Assembly: GCF_046105845.1 (NCBI RefSeq)
Contig: NZ_CP151004.1
DNA: 64,000 bases
Source: Escherichia coli
GTDB taxonomy: Bacteria; Pseudomonadota; Gammaproteobacteria; Enterobacterales; Enterobacteriaceae
Reading direction: 5' to 3' (one strand)
Made by a program: the position numbers and the translations under genes
Part shown: positions 42,380 to 52,208 of the stretch, in pieces
Layout of the letters: the number at the start of each line of letters is the position of its first letter
How positions within the stretch are numbered: the stretch's first letter is position 1
Notes under the pieces: generated by a model
Told to the model about the DNA's origin: nothing
Seen by the model: the letters and a program-made list of their open reading frames with translations, nothing else
The model's database searches: none

Positions 42380-44980
42380 ATGAAAAACAGTAAGGCATTT
42401 TACCGCAGCGCATTAGCAACAGCTATTGTTATGGCTCTTTCTGCCCCAGCATTCGCTGCTGATAACGCGGTATCAACTACACCGGTTACATTGGATAAAG
42501 ATAAGACAACTCTGGATCAAGATGTTGTTATTAACGGTGATAACAAGATTACAGCCGTAACAATTGAGACGTCAGATTCAGATAAAGACCTTAATGTTAC
42601 TTTTGGCGGTCACGATATTACCGCCGCATCAACGGTAAACCAAGATTTCGTTGAAGGTGTAAAAGTTAGCGGTGACAAAAATGTTGTGATTAATGCTACA
42701 GGCTCCACCATCACAGCTCAAGGTGAAGGCACCTATGTCCGGACTGCAATGGTCATTTCTTCAACAGGCGATGTTGTTGTTAATGGCGGTAACTTTGTTG
42801 CAAAAAATGAAAAAGGTAGTGCGACAGGGATATCTCTGGAAGGGACCAAAGGAAATAATGTAACGCTCAATGGCACAACCATAAATGCTCAAGGTAAAAA
42901 TGATTCGAGCAACAGCTCTACGGCAATTTTTGCTCAAAAGGGTAGCGTATTGGATGGGCATGGCTTTAGCGGTGATGCAACCGACAACATTACCCTTGCT
43001 GGCTCAAATATTATTAATGGCCGGATTGAAACAATACTTATTGCTCAGGAGAATACGGGAACTCATACAGTCAACCTGAATATTAAGGATGGCTCAGTAA
43101 TTGGGGCGGCTAATAATAAACAAACAATTTATGCCTCTGCTTCGGCACAAGGAGCAGGTTCAGCAACGCAAAATTTAAATTTATCTGTCGCCGATTCAAC
43201 CATCTACTCTGATATCCGTGCCCTTTCTGCAAGCGAGAATTCAGCCGGTACCACAACAAATGTAAACATGAACGTTGCCCGCTCTTACTGGGAAGGTAAT
43301 GCTTATGCTTATGCTTATGCTTATGCTTATGCTGATGACGATAAAGCGAGTAGTAATCTGAATATAAATCTTTCCGATGGCTCAGTCTGGAAAGGAAATG
43401 TTGCGGGTAATACGACTACTGGCAGCACCGGTACTACAGAAAACCAGTCAGCAACCGTAAGTCTGTCTGATTCCACCTGGAAAGGTAACGTGGGTGACGG
43501 TCTGGATGGTGGTGCGCGAGTCACGCTGAAAAACTCCAGCTGGACTGGTGATGTCAGCAACGCCAAAACGGCTGTTGTTCTGACGGATGGTTCTGTGTGG
43601 AATGGTGCCATTAACAGCAATCCTGTTGCAGGAAGTCATGCAGTGGCTGCTGCCGGCAGCACTGATGCAGGTACTTTGACTCCATCTACGTTAGCCGGTC
43701 AGACAGTTGCACTTGCCGGCTCCACCTGGAATGTTACCGGTGATTCTTCTGTTCTTGGCGTCACTGCTGTAAACAGCACCATCAGTGTGAAAGATGCCTC
43801 CCTGACAACTCAGGTTCTTTCTGCAAAAGACAGCAATCTTGTTGTTGATGCAGGTACAACCAATGCTCTGAATGTCACAGGGAAAGCTACCGGTAATGTG
43901 ACAGTTTATAACGCTGGTACCGTAGACTTGAAAGATGCAAAAACAGCATTCATTACTGTTGGTGAAGGCAGTGACCTGAAAGCCACAGGCACAACGGAAG
44001 GTGGTCTGTATCAATATGACCTGACACAGGGAGCTGATGGTAACTTTTATTTCGTAAAAAACACGCATAAAGCATCCAACGCCAGCTCCGTGATTCAGGC
44101 AATGGCAGCTGCTCCGGCTAACGTCGCTAATCTGCAGGCTGACACGCTCTCCGCCCGTCAGGATGCTGTCCGTCTGAGCGAAAATGACGAGGGTGGCGTA
44201 TGGATTCAGTACTTTGGCGGTAAACAGAAACATACCACCGCAGGAAATGCATCCTATGACCTGGATGTAAACGGTGTAATGCTGGGTGGTGATACCCGCT
44301 TCATGACTGAAGATGGTAGCTGGCTGGCCGGTGTGGCGATGTCTTCTGCGAAAGGTGACATGACTACCATGCAGAGCAAAGGTGACACAGAAGGTTACAG
44401 CTTCCACGCTTACCTGAGCCGCCAGTATAACAACGGTATCTTCATTGATACTGCTGCACAGTTTGGTCACTACAGCAACACGGCAGATGTTCGCCTGATG
44501 AATGGTGGCGGTACCATCAAAGCTGACTTTAACACCAATGGTTTCGGTGCGATGGTTAAAGGCGGTTACACATGGAAAGACGGTAATGGCCTGTTTATTC
44601 AGCCATATGCCAAACTGTCTGCGCTGACGCTGGAAGGTGTGGATTATCAACTCAACGGCGTGGACGTTCATTCTGACAGCTATAACTCTGTGCTGGGTGA
44701 GGCCGGTACGCGCGTGGGTTATGACTTCGCTGTGGGCAACGCGACCGTTAAACCTTATCTGAATCTGGCCGCACTGAACGAATTCTCTGATGGCAACAAA
44801 GTCCGTCTGGGTGATGAGTCTGTCAATACCAGCATTGACGGTGCAGCATTCCGCGTGGGTGCAGGTGTACAGGCTGATATCACCAAAAACATGGGAGCAT
44901 ATGCTAGCCTTGACTACACCAAAGGTGACGACATTGAGAACCCGCTACAGGGTGTAGTTGGTATCAATGTGACCTGGTAA
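42380..44980 (+). CDS. Autotransporter (type Va) adhesin-like protein
   Basis: ATG at 42380 preceded by GGAG; N-terminal signal peptide MKNSKAFYRSALATAIVMALSAPAFA; passenger with repeated S-x-W-x-G-N/D motifs; C-terminal beta-barrel translocator ending ...GVVGINVTW. Track start 42347 is a TTG. Possibly the upaE homolog (unverified). Confidence 0.85.
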   Translation: MKNSKAFYRSALATAIVMALSAPAFAADNAVSTTPVTLDKDKTTLDQDVVINGDNKITAVTIETSDSDKDLNVTFGGHDITAASTVNQDFVEGVKVSGDKNVVINATGSTITAQGEGTYVRTAMVISSTGDVVVNGGNFVAKNEKGSATGISLEGTKGNNVTLNGTTINAQGKNDSSNSSTAIFAQKGSVLDGHGFSGDATDNITLAGSNIINGRIETILIAQENTGTHTVNLNIKDGSVIGAANNKQTIYASASAQGAGSATQNLNLSVADSTIYSDIRALSASENSAGTTTNVNMNVARSYWEGNAYAYAYAYAYADDDKASSNLNINLSDGSVWKGNVAGNTTTGSTGTTENQSATVSLSDSTWKGNVGDGLDGGARVTLKNSSWTGDVSNAKTAVVLTDGSVWNGAINSNPVAGSHAVAAAGSTDAGTLTPSTLAGQTVALAGSTWNVTGDSSVLGVTAVNSTISVKDASLTTQVLSAKDSNLVVDAGTTNALNVTGKATGNVTVYNAGTVDLKDAKTAFITVGEGSDLKATGTTEGGLYQYDLTQGADGNFYFVKNTHKASNASSVIQAMAAAPANVANLQADTLSARQDAVRLSENDEGGVWIQYFGGKQKHTTAGNASYDLDVNGVMLGGDTRFMTEDGSWLAGVAMSSAKGDMTTMQSKGDTEGYSFHAYLSRQYNNGIFIDTAAQFGHYSNTADVRLMNGGGTIKADFNTNGFGAMVKGGYTWKDGNGLFIQPYAKLSALTLEGVDYQLNGVDVHSDSYNSVLGEAGTRVGYDFAVGNATVKPYLNLAALNEFSDGNKVRLGDESVNTSIDGAAFRVGAGVQADITKNMGAYASLDYTKGDDIENPLQGVVGINVTW
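43301..43330 (+). repeat. Tandem hexanucleotide repeat (GCTTAT)x5 inside the autotransporter gene, encoding (Ala-Tyr)5
   Basis: Five perfect GCTTAT units followed by a degenerate GCTGAT; translated as NAYAYAYAYAYADDD in the passenger domain. Confidence 0.9.
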
Positions 44981-45018
44981 GAATAAAGCAGTCGGTTCCC
45001 CTGTCGACTGTTATACCC

Positions 45019-45083
45019 CCTGCAGGCAGCATACTGCTGCCTGCAGGCCATAAATATCCAGTATTCATGATGCTGGTTTTTTG
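45019..45083 (+). terminator. Palindrome plus hairpin/T-tract downstream of the autotransporter gene
   Basis: Perfect palindrome CCTGCAGGCAGCA-TAC-TGCTGCCTGCAGG (45019-45047) followed by CCAGTATTCATGATGCTGG-TTTTTTG (45058-45083). Confidence 0.45.
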
Positions 45084-45161
45084 CTGATATTTAACCCGAA
45101 CACTCCTGATACAGACTATTAATTCATTTATCTGCGACAGATTTCATTTTCTGGATATATT

Positions 45162-45830
45162 ATGAGTGAACAAATCAAACAGGATATCGATCTGATTGAG
45201 ATTTTATTTTATCTGAAGAAAAAGATTCGTGTTATCCTTTTTATTATAGCTATCTGTATGGCAATGGTGCTTTTATTTCTGTATATCAATAAAGATAATA
45301 TAAAAGTGAGTTACAGCCTAAAAATAAATCAGACAACACCAGGCATACTTGTTAACTGTGATAGCAATAATAACTTTGCCTGTCAGACCACAATGACTGA
45401 AGATGTTATACAGCGAATTACTACATTTTTTCACACCAGCCCAGATGTCAAGAACAGAGAAATAAAGCTGGAATGGTCAGGAGATAAGAGAGATTTACCA
45501 ACTGCTGAAGCGGAAATATCTCGCGTGCAGGCGTCTATCATCAAATGGTATGCGTCAGAATACCATAATGGCAGGCAAGTTCTCGATGAGATACAAACGC
45601 CTTCAGCAATTAACAGTGAGCTTTATACAAAAATGATATACCTGACCAGGAACTGGTCACTGTATCCAAACGGTGATGGCTGTGTCACTATAAGCTCACC
45701 AGAAATAAAAAATAAATACCCTGCTGCCATTTGCCTGATTCTGGGATTTTTTCTAAGCATTGTGATTTCTGTAATGTTTTGCCTTGTCAAAAAAATGGTA
45801 GATGAATACCAACAAAACTCTGGGCAGTAA
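45162..45830 (+). CDS. ykgH: Uncharacterised membrane-anchored protein YkgH
   Basis: 222 aa ORF with ATG start; hydrophobic segments near both termini; position relative to betA and ykgEFG as in K-12. Confidence 0.8.
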   Translation: MSEQIKQDIDLIEILFYLKKKIRVILFIIAICMAMVLLFLYINKDNIKVSYSLKINQTTPGILVNCDSNNNFACQTTMTEDVIQRITTFFHTSPDVKNREIKLEWSGDKRDLPTAEAEISRVQASIIKWYASEYHNGRQVLDEIQTPSAINSELYTKMIYLTRNWSLYPNGDGCVTISSPEIKNKYPAAICLILGFFLSIVISVMFCLVKKMVDEYQQNSGQ

Positions 45831-45931
45831 TAAACAGCATTCTGATAGAGAGTGCCTGTATAAAGCTGAAGTGACAATGACCGGGAAGGGAACCCGTTTT
45901 CAGGAATGGATGCCTGTCTTTTTCACTGTAA

Positions 45932-45960
45932 ATATCCTGGCATTACTAATGCCAGGATAT
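45932..45960. terminator. Perfect 29 bp palindrome between ykgH and convergent ykgG (candidate bidirectional terminator)
   Basis: ATATCCTGGCATT-ACT-AATGCCAGGATAT. Confidence 0.4.
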
Positions 45961-46072
45961 TTAAAGAAGAGGAGCATAACCATGACGGAACGGGGTTAAG
46001 TCAGGTTGTCCTAAACGCTATTTTCAACCTCGTATGCCTTCTTCAGGTTTATGTCCAGACTTCATATCTCTC

Positions 46073-46768
46073 TCAACAATCCTCAATAATCAGATACACC
46101 GCTTTCACCGGGCCATGAACTCCGACGACTTTGATAAGCTCAATATCCGCCGTTGAACTAGGGCCGCTAATGATGTTAATGCAGGACGGCATGCGTTCAC
46201 CGGCCTGCGCTTTCTGATGCAATTTTTCTGCGAGTTGCGCTACACGCGGCAGGATTGTGCTTTTACGCAGGATAAAAAGAGAAGATTCCGGGAGCAGGCT
46301 CAATGAACGCCCGCGCCCGGCGGCGGAAAAAAGAACCACGCCTCCCGATTCGGTTAAACCATATTCAGCATACACTACGCCAACTTTAGCCTGCTCTGCT
46401 TGTGATATGTTCTCAATACCTTTCGCCGGATCCCAAACAACGGCATTGCATTCCTGCTGCAAACGTTCGCTAATCCCCAATTCCTCCAGCCTCGTGTCAC
46501 CACTAATCACGACCGACTGATCTCCCAGCTCTTTACACAGTCGTATTGCAGCTTCTGCCGCCTTCGCCTCGCTGGTCAGTTCACAGCGCGTCAGCATAAC
46601 ATCGCTGGCAAACTGGATAAACGCGTCACAGCGCTGCTGTTGGGTAAGTTGGGTAAGCCGCTCGTTAGCATAGTTGTTAAGCGGCGCATCTTCTGCTTGC
46701 GGTTCAAGTCGCAGCGGGCGACCCAGTGCCTGAGCAACGTTATTCAAAAATTCGCTCCGATTATCCAT
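46073..46768 (-). CDS. ykgG: LutC-like lactate-utilisation protein YkgG
   Basis: ATG at 46768 gives 231 aa MDNRSEFLNNVAQALGRPL..., overlapping the ykgF stop by 8 bp; track ORF is a 5' extension. Confidence 0.85.
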   Translation of the reverse strand: MDNRSEFLNNVAQALGRPLRLEPQAEDAPLNNYANERLTQLTQQQRCDAFIQFASDVMLTRCELTSEAKAAEAAIRLCKELGDQSVVISGDTRLEELGISERLQQECNAVVWDPAKGIENISQAEQAKVGVVYAEYGLTESGGVVLFSAAGRGRSLSLLPESSLFILRKSTILPRVAQLAEKLHQKAQAGERMPSCINIISGPSSTADIELIKVVGVHGPVKAVYLIIEDC

Positions 46769-48188
46769 TCTTTTTCTCCTGCGCCTGATGTTTCTTAAAC
46801 CAACTACGGAAACTCTCTCCGTCAGCTTCAGGAAGATCGCGTGCTTCCATCCAGTCGCTAATCGCGCCAAATTTGAGTGGTGTTTTGCCGCCATTGATAA
46901 ACCAGCTTGCCGCATGAGCACCGGCCATCATCCCGACTTTCCACAATCCTGGATGACTATTGGCATAAGCGAACATTTTTATCGCCCGTTGCTCTGCTTT
47001 TGCGGTGATCCCTTTTTCAGCCATCACCCGACGATGACGCAAAATCAGTTTTGACAGCGGAATACGCACCGGACACACGCTGTCACAAGCAGTGCATAAA
47101 GAGCAGGCGTAGGGTAAATCTTTAAAATCTTTATAGCCGCCAAGTAGCGGAGAAATCACCGCACCAATTGGCCCTGGATAAATAGAGCCATATCCATGAC
47201 CGCCAATATGGCGATATGCCGGACAAGTATTCATACAAGCCCCGCAGCGAATACAGCGCAGCACATCCCGAAATTCAGAGGCCAGCACCTCAGAACGCCC
47301 GTTATCGACAATAACCAGATGAAACTCTTCAGGACCATCAACGTGCCCCGCTTCGCGCGGTCCTGTCAGCCAGGTGTTGTATCCCGTCAAACGTGCACCA
47401 ACGGCACTGCGCGCCAGCATGGTGATCAATACATCTACCTCGGCAAACGTGGGGGCAATACGCTCCATTCCCATCACTGCAATATGCGTTTTAGGCAGCG
47501 TGGTACACATTCGCGCATTACCTTCATTGGTCACCAGGCATACCGAACCGGTCTCTGCCACCGCGAAATTACAGCCGGTAATACCTATTTCAGCACTGAG
47601 GAAATCTTCGCGGATTTTTTGCCGGATGAATAAGGTCATTGCTTCAGGCGTTTCCGACCCCTCATAGCCCAGACGTTCGTGTAGCACCCGACGGATCTGA
47701 TGGCGATCTTTATGAATTGCCGGGACCACAACATGAGAGGGCGGATCTTGATCCAGCTGGAGAATGTATTCACCCAGATCGGTTTCAATCACCTGAATGC
47801 CAGCATCCTGCAACACATGATTGACACCAATCTCTTCGGTCACCATCGATTTAGATTTCACCACCTTCCGGGCATTTTTGCGTTGGGCAACCTGTAAAAT
47901 GTAGCGGGTAGCGTCTTCTTTGGTTTTTGCAAAATAGACGTGACCGCCGTTTTGCGTCACTTTTTCTGAGAGCTGGTACAGATAAGCGTCGAGATTACTC
48001 AGAACATGATCACGTATCTGGGCGGCCCGATCGCGCCACTCCTCCCAGTGCCCCAATTCATCGACCATTTTTTGCCGATTTGCCCCAATACGCTGCTGCG
48101 CGTTTGCCACCGCTTTGCGCATGATCGGATCTTCAATTTGCTGACGGATGCGTGTCTTAAAATCTGTATTACTGGTTTTGATCGACAT
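46761..48188 (-). CDS. ykgF: LutB-like iron-sulfur oxidoreductase YkgF
   Basis: 475 aa ORF with ATG start; two 4Fe-4S ferredoxin-type CxxCxxCxxxCP motifs. Confidence 0.9.
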   Translation of the reverse strand: MSIKTSNTDFKTRIRQQIEDPIMRKAVANAQQRIGANRQKMVDELGHWEEWRDRAAQIRDHVLSNLDAYLYQLSEKVTQNGGHVYFAKTKEDATRYILQVAQRKNARKVVKSKSMVTEEIGVNHVLQDAGIQVIETDLGEYILQLDQDPPSHVVVPAIHKDRHQIRRVLHERLGYEGSETPEAMTLFIRQKIREDFLSAEIGITGCNFAVAETGSVCLVTNEGNARMCTTLPKTHIAVMGMERIAPTFAEVDVLITMLARSAVGARLTGYNTWLTGPREAGHVDGPEEFHLVIVDNGRSEVLASEFRDVLRCIRCGACMNTCPAYRHIGGHGYGSIYPGPIGAVISPLLGGYKDFKDLPYACSLCTACDSVCPVRIPLSKLILRHRRVMAEKGITAKAEQRAIKMFAYANSHPGLWKVGMMAGAHAASWFINGGKTPLKFGAISDWMEARDLPEADGESFRSWFKKHQAQEKKNG

Positions 48189-48198
48189 CTTTATATCC

Positions 48199-48918
48199 TC
48201 AGCGGCTCATCAACACTTCAGCAATATGCATCACTTTGACTTTCTGCCCTTCCCGTTGTAATCGCCCACTGATGTTCAGCAGGCAACTCACGTCAGCACC
48301 AATTAAAAACTCAGGGCGGACTTCCATCAGGTGCGCAACCTTTTCTTTCACCATCTCGCCGGATATTTCGGCCATTTTGACCGAGAACGTGCCGCCAAAT
48401 CCGCAGCAGGTATCCTGTTCAGCAAAGGTCAACAGCTCCAGTCCACGCACATTTTTCAGCAGCGTAAGTGGCTCGTCCTTCACCCCCAGCTTACGGGCCA
48501 GGCTACAAGATGGGTGATACACCGCTCTCCCTTGCAAACTGGCACCTACATCGACTACCCCTAATGTATTAACAATAAAAGAGGTGAGATCCTGCATACG
48601 CGCGGCAACCTTTTCGGCACGTGATGCCCATTCAGGTTCATCCGCCAGATAAGTTGGGTAACTTTTTACGGCATAGGTACAGGAGCCAGCCGGTGAAATA
48701 ATGGGATCGTCGTTATCCTCCAGTGCGGCGATCAGATTTTTCATCCCTGGAATCGCTTCTTTGATATAACCACTATTGATCGCAGGCTGACCGCAGCATC
48801 CCTGTTTCTCCGGGAAATTTACGCGACAGCCGAGTTTTTCCAGTAGCAGCACGGAGTCTCGTGCCATTCTTGATTTCAGGGCGTCACCAATACAGGTGAC
48901 AAAGAAATTGACATTCAC
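48199..48918 (-). CDS. ykgE: LutA-like cysteine-rich (CCG domain) oxidoreductase subunit YkgE
   Basis: 239 aa ORF with GTG start; cysteine-rich CCG-domain motifs. Confidence 0.9.
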   Translation of the reverse strand: MNVNFFVTCIGDALKSRMARDSVLLLEKLGCRVNFPEKQGCCGQPAINSGYIKEAIPGMKNLIAALEDNDDPIISPAGSCTYAVKSYPTYLADEPEWASRAEKVAARMQDLTSFIVNTLGVVDVGASLQGRAVYHPSCSLARKLGVKDEPLTLLKNVRGLELLTFAEQDTCCGFGGTFSVKMAEISGEMVKEKVAHLMEVRPEFLIGADVSCLLNISGRLQREGQKVKVMHIAEVLMSR

Positions 48919-49445
48919 AACTAATACTCCATTACTTCATGCCCATTTATGCCCGATGGTTCCCCCTTCCGGGGGAGCAATCATCAATAAATATGGCGTT
49001 CTTTTTTAATTGGCTAGCAACATACCACCCCTCATTTGTATGACAAATGATAATCTTTCATCCAAACTTCAAATGCAATAACTAATTTTATTTCTTTCGG
49101 CATCGCTCACATTTTATGGGGAAATCGACGATCATTTTTGGCATAAGAAATCCATTTAAAAATGGCTACATCCCTTATACCTATTCAGAGCTACTTATTC
49201 AGGGGTTATTGAGATATACACTGATGGTGTACAAACAAAATCACCGACAATAATCACGTATCAAGTAATAGTCGGGATTTTATTTAATTGAAGCAATTTA
49301 GTTTGCATTTTTATTTAAAAACTGAGCTAGAGTCCATCAGAAAAAAATATATAAAGCCCAAACCACCGTTGGAAATAGAAATAGTTGAAAGGCTCACAAC
49401 TCCCGGAATGCGGATTATCTTTGCCCTGATTTCTGGCGGTTTTAT

Positions 49446-50300
49446 TCAGGGTGCAAGCTGTCTGACCCTTTCCCGATATTCTCCCGGAGTACAACCAAAC
49501 TCGCGGACAAACGCCTTGTGAAAAGATGATTCACTGGCATAGCCTACTGACTCAGCGATCACCACAACAGGGAGCATTTCCCGGGAAAACATCTGGGCCG
49601 CTATTTGTAGACGCAACTTTGTTAATACAGCCAGCGGCGTGGTTCCGGAAACATCACGGAAAAGCTGGGCAAAACTTGCCCGGGACATGTGGGCGATGCT
49701 GGCCAGCGATTCGACGGTCCAGGCGTGTCCTGGCATTTCCAGCATTTGCTGTATTACCGCACCAAGACGTGGATGCAGAAGCAAACTGAGAATGTTTTTC
49801 TCAGTATTAACCTGTGCAATCCACTCACGCACCGCGAGGGTAAAGAATGTAGCGCAGATCTGGCTACACAGAGCATCCACTCCCGGCATTGCCGATCTGG
49901 ATTCCTGTTGTAAAAACGGGATCGCCTCCCTCAGCCAGTTATATTCCACGCTATGGTTCACTGGTGCTACAAACAGCGTTTCCGGCAAAGACGTTAAAAA
50001 ATAACGCGCCGAATGTTGCAGCCGAAGAGTGCCACAGACAATACAGGTCGATTCATTATCGACATGACTCAGGCGATGAGCTGAATTTTGTGGTAGCAGG
50101 ACCACATTTCCCGGGCGTAATGTAAAAATCTCTCCCGTCGGCATTTCCAGCTTCGCCGCTCCTTGCGTTAACGCATGCCAACGAATAACCGACAATTCCC
50201 CGGCACCATGTGGAAGTTGCCAGTCACTTCCTAACACGCAATTCTTATCGATCGTTCCTTGTGGAGCGTTAAGCATCAACAAACGGCTAAGAGCATCCAT
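49446..50300 (-). CDS. rclR: AraC-family redox-sensing activator RclR
   Basis: ATG at 50300 gives 284 aa MDALSRLLMLNAPQGT...; C-terminal AraC HTH; divergent from rclABC. Confidence 0.88.
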   Translation of the reverse strand: MDALSRLLMLNAPQGTIDKNCVLGSDWQLPHGAGELSVIRWHALTQGAAKLEMPTGEIFTLRPGNVVLLPQNSAHRLSHVDNESTCIVCGTLRLQHSARYFLTSLPETLFVAPVNHSVEYNWLREAIPFLQQESRSAMPGVDALCSQICATFFTLAVREWIAQVNTEKNILSLLLHPRLGAVIQQMLEMPGHAWTVESLASIAHMSRASFAQLFRDVSGTTPLAVLTKLRLQIAAQMFSREMLPVVVIAESVGYASESSFHKAFVREFGCTPGEYRERVRQLAP

Positions 50301-50526
50301 ATCAGACTCCTGAGTAGTTTTTTGATTACAAACACCAACAATCTTAGTCAATAATTAATCTAATACCATCAAATAGTTAATCATGATTTTTGTTTTGTGA
50401 TTCTGATTAAGAAAAAGAAAATACCAGACGATAAGACAAAATATCAAGCGTTGTGAAGAAATGTTATTTGCTCTTTTGCGTCTATAGTCATGATGTCAAA
50501 TGAACGCGTTTCGACAGGAAATCATC

Positions 50527-51852
50527 ATGAATAAATATCAGGCAGTTATTATTGGTTTTGGCAAGGCTGGAAAAACATTAGCCGTCACGCTGGCAAAAGC
50601 AGGTTGGCGTGTGGCTCTCATCGAACAATCAAATGCAATGTATGGCGGGACCTGTATTAATATCGGCTGTATCCCAACCAAAACATTGGTTCATGACGCA
50701 CAGCAGCACACAGATTTTGTCCGTGCCATACAGCGTAAAAATGAAGTGGTTAATTTTTTACGTAATAAGAATTTTCATAATCTTGCGGATATGCCCAATA
50801 TCGACGTGATCGACGGCCAGGCGGAGTTTATCAATAATCATAGCCTGCGTGTTCATCGGCCTGAGGGAAATCTGGAAATTCATGGCGAGAAAATTTTTAT
50901 TAATACCGGTGCACAAACCGTGGTTCCGCCAATTCCTGAAATTACCACCACGCCTGGTGTATATGACAGCACCGGATTACTTAATCTAAAAGAATTGCCT
51001 GGGCATTTAGGTATTTTGGGCGGCGGATATATTGGCGTTGAGTTCGCCTCTATGTTCGCTAATTTTGGCAGCAAGGTAACCATTTTAGAAGCAGCTTCGC
51101 TGTTTTTGCCTCGGGAAGATCGGGATATTGCTGATAATATCGCGACGATTTTACGCGATCAGGGCGTCGATATTATCCTCAATGCCCATGTGGAGCGAAT
51201 CAGTCACCATGAAAATCAAGTGCAAGTGCATAGCGAGCACGCCCAACTGGCGGTGGATGCACTGTTAATAGCTTCCGGTCGTCAACCGGCTACCGCTTCG
51301 TTACATCCAGAAAATGCCGGTATCGCAGTAAACGAGCGCGGGGCAATTGTCGTTGACAAGCGATTACATACCACCGCAGACAATATTTGGGCGATGGGAG
51401 ATGTTACCGGCGGGCTGCAATTTACTTATATTTCACTGGATGATTACCGCATTGTGCGTGATGAGTTGCTGGGAGAAGGCAGACGTAGTACTGATGATCG
51501 GAAAAATGTGCCTTATTCCGTATTCATGACACCGCCACTGTCCAGGGTTGGTATGACAGAAGAACAGGCCAGAGAGAGTGGTGCTGATATTCAGGTGGTG
51601 ACATTGCCTGTAGCTGCAATTCCGCGTGCCAGAGTGATGAATGATACTCGTGGGGTATTAAAAGCGATTGTTGATAATAAAACCCAACGTATATTAGGGG
51701 CATCACTGCTGTGTGTTGACTCCCACGAGATGATTAATATAGTGAAAATGGTGATGGATGCCGGGCTGCCTTATAGCATATTACGCGATCAGATATTTAC
51801 TCATCCGTCGATGAGCGAATCACTCAATGATCTATTTTCATTAGTCAAATAA
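50527..51852 (+). CDS. rclA: Pyridine nucleotide-disulfide oxidoreductase RclA
   Basis: ATG at 50527 gives 441 aa MNKYQAVIIGFGKAGK...; FAD-binding GxGxxG motif and redox-active CxxxxC (GGTCINIGC). Confidence 0.92.
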   Translation: MNKYQAVIIGFGKAGKTLAVTLAKAGWRVALIEQSNAMYGGTCINIGCIPTKTLVHDAQQHTDFVRAIQRKNEVVNFLRNKNFHNLADMPNIDVIDGQAEFINNHSLRVHRPEGNLEIHGEKIFINTGAQTVVPPIPEITTTPGVYDSTGLLNLKELPGHLGILGGGYIGVEFASMFANFGSKVTILEAASLFLPREDRDIADNIATILRDQGVDIILNAHVERISHHENQVQVHSEHAQLAVDALLIASGRQPATASLHPENAGIAVNERGAIVVDKRLHTTADNIWAMGDVTGGLQFTYISLDDYRIVRDELLGEGRRSTDDRKNVPYSVFMTPPLSRVGMTEEQARESGADIQVVTLPVAAIPRARVMNDTRGVLKAIVDNKTQRILGASLLCVDSHEMINIVKMVMDAGLPYSILRDQIFTHPSMSESLNDLFSLVK

Positions 51853-51960
51853 ACTCAAAATCAGACGCCAGAACAAATATTCTGGCGTTTCAGAGAAAAG
51901 AATCTTATTCATTCCCTGTTACTCTCTAACTTCTTAATCACTTCATTGATGGTATTTTAT

Positions 51961-52197
51961 ATGTTTAAAAAATCTGTTTTATTTGCAACACTATTATCTG
52001 GCGTTATGGCTTTTTCCACCAATGCAGATGATAAAATAATTCTGAAACATATCAGCGTTTCGTCAGTATCAGCATCACCGACAGTTCTGGAGGATGCCAT
52101 TGCTGATATGGCCAGAAAATATAATGCTTCATCCTGGAAAGTCACATCGATGCGAATTGATAATAATTCAACCGCAACAGCAGTATTGTATAAATAA
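51961..52197 (+). CDS. rclB: Small periplasmic protein RclB (DUF1471 family)
   Basis: ATG at 51961 gives 78 aa with signal peptide MFKKSVLFATLLSGVMAFSTNA. Confidence 0.85.
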   Translation: MFKKSVLFATLLSGVMAFSTNADDKIILKHISVSSVSASPTVLEDAIADMARKYNASSWKVTSMRIDNNSTATAVLYK

Positions 52198-52208
52198 GGA
52201 TGTTTACA

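Noticed and set aside
43301-43330. GCTTAT repeat as a frameshift-type ON/OFF phase-variation tract or CRISPR-like repeat
   Set aside because: The unit is 6 nt, so copy-number change preserves the frame; there are no spacers or repeat-spacer periodicity, so it is not a CRISPR array. Retained only as an in-frame length-variable tract.
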